Shown: piece after piece, positions 48,309-57,118 of the stretch
How the letters are laid out: each line of letters begins with the position of its first letter
How positions within the stretch are numbered: position 1 is the stretch's first letter
Assembly: GCA_017381365.1 (NCBI GenBank)
Contig: JAFOCI010000041.1
Location: forward strand, 9,963 to 73,962
Length of the DNA stretch: 64,000 nt
Source of the DNA: Treponema sp.
GTDB lineage: Bacteria; Spirochaetota; Spirochaetia; Treponematales; Treponemataceae
Reading direction: 5' to 3'
Made by a program: the position numbers and the translations under genes
Notes under the pieces: generated by a model
Seen by the model: only the letters and a program-made list of their open reading frames with translations
Database searches by the model: none
What the model was told of the DNA's origin: nothing

Positions 48309-51155
48309 ATGAAAACTTCTAATAAAAATGAAAAAAAAGAATTAAAATTTAAAACAAAAATGCAGATTCCATTAATAATAACTGTAATTACAGTTTTCTG
48401 GAGTCTTCTTTGCGCTACTAATCTTTTGGATAAATTTGATTTCAGACTTTACGATTTGCTAGTCCTTCTAAAAAAAGCACCTGCAGAACAAAAAGAGCTG
48501 CTTTTTGTAGACATTGACGACTTCGCACTCAACGAATTAGGCGAATGGCCATGGAGCCGCGACAAGATTGCGGACTGCCTTTTAACAATGCGTGAAGTTG
48601 GCGCAAAAACAGCCGTATTCGATATTGAATACCTTTCGCCATCAAGCAAGTCAATTGACTATAATTTAATAGAAAAAATCAAACAAAATCCCGACGCGGC
48701 AGACCAGATAAGTCAGATTTTCATAGACAACGATGATTATTTTGCGCGGGCAGTTCAGTTTTTTGGAAACACATGGCTTACAATTAACGCCGGCGACCTT
48801 GCAATCAAATATACAGATGAAAATCTTGAATACGCAAAAAAACGCTTTCTTTATCAGATAGAAGACAAAAAAGATTTTTTGAAAAAAAGCAATGCAAATC
48901 TTTCTTACAAAGAATTTTCACCTGCGATGCATTCCATCATTTCCCGGGCAAAAGGCGCAGGCTTTACAAACGTTTCAATAGACAGCGACGGAACCCGCCG
49001 AAGAATCAGACTTATGTTCAGCTATAAAGACGGAGCACTTGGACAACTCTCCTTTGCCCCGCTTCTGAAAATCCTTAATCCAGAAAAAATTGAATTTCAA
49101 AACAGAAAGCTTATCTTAAAAAACTGCACAATGCCGGATTCTTCTGTAAAAACAATAAAAATTCCGCTGGATTCCACCGGCCACATGTACATCAACTGGA
49201 TAAAAAAAACATTCAACGCAACAAAAAAGGTTCAGAATGAAGACGGAACTTTCCGCGACGAAGTAGACAATGACAATTCGTCGTTCCAGCATAACTCAAT
49301 TTTCTACCTTTGGTATCTGCCACAGCTGGAAAAAAACGTAATAAACGGACTCCTTGCTTTTGACAATCTTAAAGCTCTGAACCTTAAAAACGAAAACGGT
49401 GCAGAACCAGCCTATGTTTCAGAAGTAAACACTCTCCTTTCCGATTACAATGACATTCTTGAATACAAAAGCTACATCCTGTCCTGCATGAACGGCTATG
49501 ATGCAGACGGAAATCCAATCGGCGGCGGTATTGACGATGCAACATTCAACGAATATTTTGCCCTCCGTGAAAATTTCTTTGCAAACGCAGGCCGGTTCCT
49601 GAACAGCGACAGCATCCAGGAGCTTCTGCGCTTTGATTCAGTAGCATCAGATGAAAATTTCCTTACTGACCTTACATATTTTTCTCAGGATCTGGAAGAC
49701 TATCTTACATATTATTACGACATGAAGAAAATCTATGCAGACAAATTCTGTATCATCGGCAACACAGGAAGCGGCACAACAGATTTAGGCTCAACACCAT
49801 TCCAGAAGTCATATCCAAACGTAGGAACCCACGCAAACGTTTACAACACAATAATGAACCAGGATTTTATTACGCCCCTTGAATGGTACTGGGGTTCAAT
49901 CCTTGCCTTTGCCCTTTCCATTACACTGCTGGCATTCCATGCAGAAAGGCGCACAGCCGTTCAGATTTTGTGCGGAATAACCCTGATTACCGCCGTAATC
50001 GCCCTGCCAATAATTCTTATGGTCTGTTTTTCAATCTATCTGCCAGCCCTTACCCCAATTATGATTGGCGTATCTTCATACCTTTCAGTTACAGTATTAA
50101 GATTCCTTTCCAGCGAAAAGAACCGCAAATTCATTCAGGGTGCGTTCAGCCAGTGTCTTTCAAAAGACGTTGTACAGGAAATCATCAACAACCCAAATTA
50201 CTTTGTACTTGGCGGAAAAAACTTTGAAATGACAGCACTCTTCACAGATATTCAGAAATTCTCAAGCTTCAGCGAACTTTTGACAGCCGCAGAACTCGTA
50301 TCGCTTTTGAACTATTATCTTACCAAAATGAGCGACATCATCATCAACGAACGCGGAACCGTAGATAAGTACGAAGGAGATGCCATCGTTGCCTTTGTTG
50401 GTGCGCCAATTCCAATGGAAGACCACGCAATCCGCGCCTGTTCCGCAGCAATCAAAATGAAGCAGGCAGAAAAAGTAATCAATGAAGAAATCAAAGTGAT
50501 TGCAGCCGGCGAAAAACCAGAAGGAATGGAAGACACATTGTTCTCTGCATTCCAGATAATGATTAAGAACAACAAGACAATCTTTACACGAATCGGTTTG
50601 AATTCCGGAACAATCGTTGCCGGCTTTATGGGGTCCGAAAACAAAAAGAACTACACCGTTATGGGAAACAACGTAAACCTTTCCAGTCGTCTTGAAGGCG
50701 TAAACAAACAGTATTCAACAGACGGAATTCTTATTAGCGAAGCCACAAAAAATCTTCTTGATGACAGTTTTGTTGTCCGCAGCCTGGACCGCGTTCAGGT
50801 TGTAAATGTAAAAACTCCAATCCGCCTTTACGAGCTGGTAACTTTTAAAGCCGATGCCGGCGAAAAACTTTTAAATTATATGGCCGCCTGGGAACAGACA
50901 ATGCGCATTTTTGAAAGCGGAAATTACAGCCAGGCGCTTTTGCAGTTCAACAAGCTGCTGCAAGTTCGCCCTAACGACAACGTCTGCAAATATTATATAA
51001 ATCTGATTTCTACTTTCTTTATCAATGGAAAATACCCAACCGCCCAGGACAATTTTGGTGTTGCCTACAATGCCGAAAACCCTGCCGACATGGACCCAAG
51101 CTGGATTGGAACTCCAAAAGAAATCAAAGGAACCTTTACTTTGTTACAGAAATAA
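48309..51155 (+). CDS. CHASE2-sensor class III adenylate/guanylate cyclase with a C-terminal TPR-like tail
   Basis: 948 aa. CHASE2 hallmark VDIDDFALNELGEWPWSRDKIA, a TM block, then a cyclase core (ALFTDIQKFSS, YEGDAIVAFVGAP, GLNSGTIVAGFMGS, MGNNVNLSSRLEG). Confidence 0.85.
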   Translation: MKTSNKNEKKELKFKTKMQIPLIITVITVFWSLLCATNLLDKFDFRLYDLLVLLKKAPAEQKELLFVDIDDFALNELGEWPWSRDKIADCLLTMREVGAKTAVFDIEYLSPSSKSIDYNLIEKIKQNPDAADQISQIFIDNDDYFARAVQFFGNTWLTINAGDLAIKYTDENLEYAKKRFLYQIEDKKDFLKKSNANLSYKEFSPAMHSIISRAKGAGFTNVSIDSDGTRRRIRLMFSYKDGALGQLSFAPLLKILNPEKIEFQNRKLILKNCTMPDSSVKTIKIPLDSTGHMYINWIKKTFNATKKVQNEDGTFRDEVDNDNSSFQHNSIFYLWYLPQLEKNVINGLLAFDNLKALNLKNENGAEPAYVSEVNTLLSDYNDILEYKSYILSCMNGYDADGNPIGGGIDDATFNEYFALRENFFANAGRFLNSDSIQELLRFDSVASDENFLTDLTYFSQDLEDYLTYYYDMKKIYADKFCIIGNTGSGTTDLGSTPFQKSYPNVGTHANVYNTIMNQDFITPLEWYWGSILAFALSITLLAFHAERRTAVQILCGITLITAVIALPIILMVCFSIYLPALTPIMIGVSSYLSVTVLRFLSSEKNRKFIQGAFSQCLSKDVVQEIINNPNYFVLGGKNFEMTALFTDIQKFSSFSELLTAAELVSLLNYYLTKMSDIIINERGTVDKYEGDAIVAFVGAPIPMEDHAIRACSAAIKMKQAEKVINEEIKVIAAGEKPEGMEDTLFSAFQIMIKNNKTIFTRIGLNSGTIVAGFMGSENKKNYTVMGNNVNLSSRLEGVNKQYSTDGILISEATKNLLDDSFVVRSLDRVQVVNVKTPIRLYELVTFKADAGEKLLNYMAAWEQTMRIFESGNYSQALLQFNKLLQVRPNDNVCKYYINLISTFFINGKYPTAQDNFGVAYNAENPADMDPSWIGTPKEIKGTFTLLQK

Positions 51156-51162
51156 AATTTAC

Positions 51163-51300
51163 TGGGGGCATTTTTGCCTCCGGCAAAAACCGGGGTGTTC
51201 CGCACTTCGCCTGTTCGGCTCATTGTGGGGTGGTTTCGACAAGTGGTTCCTGAGCCTGTCGAAGGGCTCAACCACCCCACAACTAAAGGTGCTACATACC
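51163..51300. repeat. Nested-palindrome intergenic repeat, divergent copy C
   Basis: GTGGGGTGGTTTCGAC-AAGTGGTTCCTGAGCCTGTCGAAGG-GCTCAACCACCCCAC shares the GTGGTTCCTGAG / CTGTCGAAGGGCTCAA modules with copy D. It lies between convergent genes. Confidence 0.6.
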
Positions 51301-52326
51301 CCTTGCCTCTTTTGCATCAACAAGTTTTTCTACGTCTTTTACAAAATCTTCGCCCCAGAATTCACAAAGAATCTGGTATGCCTGCTGCTGCAATTCAGGT
51401 ATTACTTTACTGCGCAAAGCTTTTATGTTGTTAGCAAGAAAAGCACGGCACAAACGCTTTACTTCTTTATGCTGAGCTTCGTTCAATTCAAGCTTTTCGC
51501 CGCGCTCATTAATTTCTTCAAATTCAGTAAACAATGCCGTAAATGCAGATGCAACAGAACATGTCTTTTCCCAGCGGTCTAAATCTTCAATCTTCTGTTT
51601 ACGGGTAATACCGTTCTGCATCCAGTAGTTGTAAACAGGCTGTTTTATTCCCAAGTATTTTCCGCCATTCTTACTGGCTTCGTAGCAGACCCAGAAATAA
51701 ATCAAAAAATCTTCTGCAAGAATACAGTAAATTGGCGGAATGTGGGAAATAGCATTTAAAATTGTTTCGCGTTCATAAATTTTAGCCCACAAAAAACCAC
51801 TATGATTGCTATTTTCAAGAAACCCCGCAATAAATTCAGAACCTTTCAGTTCACCTTCAAAAAGGCAGTTTACTTTTTTATCAACAATAGATTTTTCGTC
51901 TTCAGTTAAATCATCGCCAAAAACCTGGGCAATTCCCTGAACAACAGAACAGTTATTTTCTGTAATAGCTTTATAAAGAATTTCTACTGCATTTTCTTTT
52001 AAAGTGTCATCGCTGTCAAGAAAAATCAGATATTTACCTTTTGATGCATAAATCGCAGTTTTGCGGGATTCGGCAATCCCCTTATTTTCCTGATGCTTAA
52101 TATATGTAACAGGAAACTTTACAGATTTTTTAAAATCCTTAACAATTTTACTACAGTTACGGCCTTTTTCGTCTGTTCCATTGCTGCAGTCATCCACAAC
52201 AACCAGTTCAAACCCGCTAAAATTCTGCGCCGCCACAGAATTAAAACATCTGTCTAAAAGCATTTCCGTTCCATACACAGGAACGCAAATGCTAACCGCA
52301 ATATCCTTTTTTGAAAATAAAAGCAT
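51292..52326 (-). CDS. GT2 glycosyltransferase
   Basis: ICVPVYGTEMLLDRCFNSVAAQNFSGFELVVVDDCSNGTD, and LDSDD further on. Confidence 0.8.
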   Translation of the reverse strand: MLLFSKKDIAVSICVPVYGTEMLLDRCFNSVAAQNFSGFELVVVDDCSNGTDEKGRNCSKIVKDFKKSVKFPVTYIKHQENKGIAESRKTAIYASKGKYLIFLDSDDTLKENAVEILYKAITENNCSVVQGIAQVFGDDLTEDEKSIVDKKVNCLFEGELKGSEFIAGFLENSNHSGFLWAKIYERETILNAISHIPPIYCILAEDFLIYFWVCYEASKNGGKYLGIKQPVYNYWMQNGITRKQKIEDLDRWEKTCSVASAFTALFTEFEEINERGEKLELNEAQHKEVKRLCRAFLANNIKALRSKVIPELQQQAYQILCEFWGEDFVKDVEKLVDAKEARGM

Positions 52327-52368
52327 TTTAATTAATTAAACAACTGCTCTTGAATAGCAATATTAGTT

Positions 52369-54045
52369 TTATTTCAAATATAATAATTTATATCGTTTCG
52401 ACTTATCTGCATTAAATTGATTAGTAGTACCAATAGCTCTTTCAGAAGACTCTACATGATACCCTGTTTCAGAATCATATATAAAACATTTAGCGTTATC
52501 TAGTGTATAAGTAGTAGTATCATCAATGCTTATTTCCTGCCTTGCAAAACAATATGGACTACACTGTTCATAAGAAGTGAATTCTTCAGTACCTGTATAA
52601 ATACTATAACTATTATCCGTATTATCCGCATAAAGATTTATAGCATTAGGATTAAAGTCTGTATTTAATATATCTACTTTTGCGCCTTTTTCTAAAATAA
52701 AATCAAAGGATTCTGTAATGGTACCGGCACCAGAATAGTCTGGTTCTGATTTTGTTTGTAACTCCGCAGGCAGAAAAGGGTCTCCATCACCGGATTTTGT
52801 AACTGCAATTGATTCGTTTGCAACGGCAATCATTTTGCTTTCGCCTTCGTTAGATTTAATCACCATACTGGCATTAAGATCGGTAGACTTAATGTTTATA
52901 TATTTTTCAGTGCTACACGCAATATTATTTATACTCGTAGCATCGTACATACAAGCATCGTACAAATAAGAGCCACGATTATAATATATTTTAGTTGCAA
53001 TGTTAGAACAGTTAATGCTGTACAATTTGTATTTATCATCAGAAGCAATTGTGCTAAGCAATGAGCTTAACCTTGCTGGGGTAGCCATTGATTCGCCGTC
53101 ACCATCTGCTGTTCCATTTACAGCCCACAGTTTTTTTACCGGCATATAGAATTTTGGCTCGTAATAATCATTAATAGTAACAGAGCCGTAATCTGGAATA
53201 CAGAAAATATTATCGTTTGCAATAATCATGTCTACATCCTGCGTAATTTTAATGCCATTTACATTAACAGGACAATTCTTCCAGGTAACTTTAAGCTTGT
53301 AATAACCGCTTTTGTCCTCAATGCGAAATTTTAAGTGATCTAGGATTCCATCTATTATTTCTACATAGTATCCATTTTCTTCTGACAATGGATTAGTTGT
53401 TACTGCTAAAGGTTTATAATCAACTCCATTCAAAGGAGTATAAGAAACTTCAAAACTAGGATTGTCCCCAACATTAGATACATCAAAGCCATTGTTTTCC
53501 CAGTCAGATTGAGAATTATATCCAACGCTAAAAGTAATATTCCCGGAAGGACCTGCTTCACCTTCTGTAATAATATATTCCATTGGAACGTAAAGGGTTT
53601 TTCCAAGTGTTAAATCTACATCTTTTAAAGTGCCTTTTGTAAATTCCTGATGAGTACCATCTTCCGCTTTTGTATAGCCAGTAACAGTTACAGTTGCAGC
53701 TTTAAGATTATTAAAATTCACCTTATCAATATATAATGAAATTTTTCCAGTTTCTTGTACTTGTATGTCGATTTTTTCTTCACACAAAGGGGTTTCATCT
53801 TTATCTGTAATTTTAACTTTTATATATTTACCGCTGGAAGAATCATAACCCTCCGCTGTAGAAGCCCCAGGGTTTCCTGTTATCATTCTGGAATCATTAT
53901 TAACAAAAGCCAGGGTTACTTCTATTTTATCATTTGTGCTGCCATTAACAAATGGCAGCAATACAGAATAATCTTTGTTTGTGTCTGAACAGCCTGCAAG
54001 TACAAAAACTGCAGCTGCTAAAAATAATGCTATAATCTTTTTCAT
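52369..54045 (-). CDS. Large lipoprotein, hypothetical
   Basis: Start set at MKKIIALFLAAAVFVLAGCS (lipobox), with AGGAG 7 nt upstream. Confidence 0.6.
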   Translation of the reverse strand: MKKIIALFLAAAVFVLAGCSDTNKDYSVLLPFVNGSTNDKIEVTLAFVNNDSRMITGNPGASTAEGYDSSSGKYIKVKITDKDETPLCEEKIDIQVQETGKISLYIDKVNFNNLKAATVTVTGYTKAEDGTHQEFTKGTLKDVDLTLGKTLYVPMEYIITEGEAGPSGNITFSVGYNSQSDWENNGFDVSNVGDNPSFEVSYTPLNGVDYKPLAVTTNPLSEENGYYVEIIDGILDHLKFRIEDKSGYYKLKVTWKNCPVNVNGIKITQDVDMIIANDNIFCIPDYGSVTINDYYEPKFYMPVKKLWAVNGTADGDGESMATPARLSSLLSTIASDDKYKLYSINCSNIATKIYYNRGSYLYDACMYDATSINNIACSTEKYINIKSTDLNASMVIKSNEGESKMIAVANESIAVTKSGDGDPFLPAELQTKSEPDYSGAGTITESFDFILEKGAKVDILNTDFNPNAINLYADNTDNSYSIYTGTEEFTSYEQCSPYCFARQEISIDDTTTYTLDNAKCFIYDSETGYHVESSERAIGTTNQFNADKSKRYKLLYLK

Positions 54046-54055
54046 TGCTCTGCTC

Positions 54056-57000
54056 CTAGTTCCCGATATCTTCTTCCCACTCACCTATACTTCCAGAAAT
54101 ATTATTTATATCAAAACTGATATTTACATCAGATTCCAAATCATATAATGTCGTAAAGTCGTATCTTACCAGATGAGATTTTCTGCGTAAATTTTTATTG
54201 CCTGAACCATCATCCTGACTGTATACGCCAACATCAGAAAGTATTACTTCTTCTTCCTTAATGGCAAGAATTTTTGTTTTACCAAAAATTACCGGAATAT
54301 CACTAACTTTTTCAGAATCAGAAACAATAAAGTTAATTTTATAATTTATAGGAGGTTCGCTGTTATTATTTTGATAATCAATATAACCTGTCTCACTCTT
54401 ATTGTAGCCAAGATTTGACTTTAGATTAGAAATATTTCCAGATTCATCAAGGTCAAAGCTGGAAACACTTCCTAAGCTATACATTTTATGCGTACTACCC
54501 TCTGTAAAATCTTCGGGGGTAAACATATTATCAAAAATCTGGGAAATACAAACAACTGCCCGCACGCCGCCATTATAAGGCACTACGGCAAAATCCATTA
54601 CCTTTGGCGTTTCAAATAATAGAGGAATTCCTGTATTAACTGTAGTTTTTTCAGAAAATTTCAGTCCCTTTCTTGTATCTTTTTCTACAGAATAAATGTC
54701 AATTTTATTTGTAGTTCTGAATACATAAACCTTGTCATTATAAACGGCAATACATGCCCCCGAATCATTACTATCAAGTATTGCACCAGGCAAAAATTTA
54801 CAGTCTTCATCATTTGGATTTTCAATAACACTTAATTTTGTTACTTTTTCGTTATCGTCATAATAGTAAAGCCAGATTTTTCCAGTAGCAACATCTTTTG
54901 TAAGGGAATTTAAGCTATATTGCTTATTCAAAAAGGAAATTAATCCTTCTAAAGAATCATTGAATGGCGTTTCTACAAATTCGCCATTTAATGCCTGAGT
55001 GCGATATGTAACACTACCCACCGAATCGACCTCTTCATAGAAAAGTGAAGTTCCGTCCATAAAGAACCAGGTTGTATAATAATCTTTTACATCTTTTATT
55101 TTTATGTTTGTATTATATGTCATTCCAGAAACAGTATTATAATACTTTAGAATAGAATAATCTGAATCTTTTGCATAATACAATGCAGCTCTCTGCTCCA
55201 CTGGCATACTGAACTTAAAGGTTTTGTCTGCAGTTTTCATTATGCTGCCATCTGTTATGATACACTCTATATTGTTTTCGCCGTAAAGGTTCAAATCATC
55301 ATATTCTTCACTAAGCACTACAAAGGAATTATTTCCTGTTATGGCAGAAACATCTTTTCCGTTTAAATACCATGTGTAAGTTAATTTGTCATCATTAACT
55401 GGATTTTCGCAGTTAGAATCAGCATAAACCCGGAACGTATTTTCTGGAGCATAGATAATATAATCACCTTCTGTTTTTGAATCAGAGCCAATAAAATATT
55501 TCTGTTCAGGGTCAATAAATTGAACAGATGGTTTTACGCTAAGATAGAACTGCTTGTAATTTGCAGCAGCGTCAGGATCTGTTCCATAAAGTTTGTTGTA
55601 TCCGTCTGGCATTCGGTTGTCATCTGTAAACAAGTGCAATTTATAAGAAGGAGCGTACTGATATTCGCCATTGCGTTTAATATATACGAAAGTATCACCA
55701 TAATTTTGTTCAAAAGATATAGATTCAGGGTCAGAGTAGTAATAAACAAAAAATGGTGTATTATACAAAAATGTTTCTGTATCATTAATATAATAATTAA
55801 TTTTAGTATATCTAGGATTAATACCTGCAAAATCTGTAGACTTTAAAACTACAGCCACAAAATTTTCATAAGTAACACTAGTATAAAGATTCTTTGTATT
55901 ATGCTCATCAATTTCCAGTACAGGGAAAGGCTCTGCTTCTGTACCAACAAAATCCTTTGCAGAAACAGCAAAGCAGCGCTCTACAGAAAGTTTGTAATCT
56001 GTGTCATTATTATATTCAATTGTACATTTTCCATTGCTGTACAAAATATTAACTACACCATTTTTAGGAGATTTGGCTTTTAATGCTTTGTATTCAACAG
56101 CATCAATCACAAAAGCATCACAATAAACAGTATAAATCCCTGCTTCCTTTTCAGTATATTCAAAAATATTTTTTATAATGCCCCATGCATACCCCTTTGT
56201 CTGAGGGTACAAGCCGTTTCCCTGTGACTCTTTATCATTGCAGGCATAGTATGTATCTACAATTTGAGTAACAGGCTGACTGTAGCATGCTAAAAGCTCT
56301 GCGTGCGTTGTTAAGCCGTCACCAATTACAACAAGATTTCCTTTATCAAAAACAACCTCTTCAACAGGCTTTTTACCATTATATCCAGAAAAACTAACCT
56401 TAAGCTGGTAATAGTCACTTGGAATGTTGTTCTTGTTAAACGCAAATCCAGTAAAAACCCCACTTTCGTCAGTAATTGAATCATATTCTGGTGTGAGTTC
56501 AATAATTGTTTTATTATTCGTTCTGGAAACAAGAGAAATCTCAAACAAACCGTCTGGGACACCACCAGCTGAAAATTCCTTATTGGAAATCTTCCAATAT
56601 TCATCCAGTGTAACTTTTCCACTAAAATTGCCTTTTCCACCGGCCTTTGCAAGTCCTACTGGTGCGCTAAATTCTAAAGTCTTGCCAGGAGTGTTAGATA
56701 AGCCTGCAGATGGTATTAATCCATAGAAATTATATTTTGTGCCATCTATTTCTGTAGAACCAGCAATTTCAACTTTAAAATTTCCTGTTTTTTCTGTTTC
56801 TACAAGCAGAACTCCATTCTTAGCCTGTAACTGGCTGATAGAAAATTTATTAGATTCATCGTTTATATCTGTAAAAACTAAATCCCACTTTTCAACCTTA
56901 GAAACAGCATTTACATAAGCTTCATCAGAGTCAAAAGGTGTAATTGTTCTAGACTGCTCTGCAAAAAGATTAATTTTTAACGAATATTTTTCTGTATTAT

Positions 57001-57106
57001 TCTGTCTGCTGAACAACGCAAATTTTGCAGCATCATTATTGTCTACATTATTTGAACAACCCGCAAACAAAACAGCGGCAAAAATCAATGCAAATAACTT
57101 TTTCAT
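54056..57106 (-). CDS. Very large lipoprotein, hypothetical, with an Ig-like segment
   Basis: Start set at MKKLFALIFAAVLFAGCS with GGAGG upstream. The segment LTYTWYLNGKDV...ECIITDG resembles the repeat unit of the upstream paralog. Confidence 0.6.
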   Translation of the reverse strand: MKKLFALIFAAVLFAGCSNNVDNNDAAKFALFSRQNNTEKYSLKINLFAEQSRTITPFDSDEAYVNAVSKVEKWDLVFTDINDESNKFSISQLQAKNGVLLVETEKTGNFKVEIAGSTEIDGTKYNFYGLIPSAGLSNTPGKTLEFSAPVGLAKAGGKGNFSGKVTLDEYWKISNKEFSAGGVPDGLFEISLVSRTNNKTIIELTPEYDSITDESGVFTGFAFNKNNIPSDYYQLKVSFSGYNGKKPVEEVVFDKGNLVVIGDGLTTHAELLACYSQPVTQIVDTYYACNDKESQGNGLYPQTKGYAWGIIKNIFEYTEKEAGIYTVYCDAFVIDAVEYKALKAKSPKNGVVNILYSNGKCTIEYNNDTDYKLSVERCFAVSAKDFVGTEAEPFPVLEIDEHNTKNLYTSVTYENFVAVVLKSTDFAGINPRYTKINYYINDTETFLYNTPFFVYYYSDPESISFEQNYGDTFVYIKRNGEYQYAPSYKLHLFTDDNRMPDGYNKLYGTDPDAAANYKQFYLSVKPSVQFIDPEQKYFIGSDSKTEGDYIIYAPENTFRVYADSNCENPVNDDKLTYTWYLNGKDVSAITGNNSFVVLSEEYDDLNLYGENNIECIITDGSIMKTADKTFKFSMPVEQRAALYYAKDSDYSILKYYNTVSGMTYNTNIKIKDVKDYYTTWFFMDGTSLFYEEVDSVGSVTYRTQALNGEFVETPFNDSLEGLISFLNKQYSLNSLTKDVATGKIWLYYYDDNEKVTKLSVIENPNDEDCKFLPGAILDSNDSGACIAVYNDKVYVFRTTNKIDIYSVEKDTRKGLKFSEKTTVNTGIPLLFETPKVMDFAVVPYNGGVRAVVCISQIFDNMFTPEDFTEGSTHKMYSLGSVSSFDLDESGNISNLKSNLGYNKSETGYIDYQNNNSEPPINYKINFIVSDSEKVSDIPVIFGKTKILAIKEEEVILSDVGVYSQDDGSGNKNLRRKSHLVRYDFTTLYDLESDVNISFDINNISGSIGEWEEDIGN

Positions 57107-57118
57107 TTTTCCCTCCAA

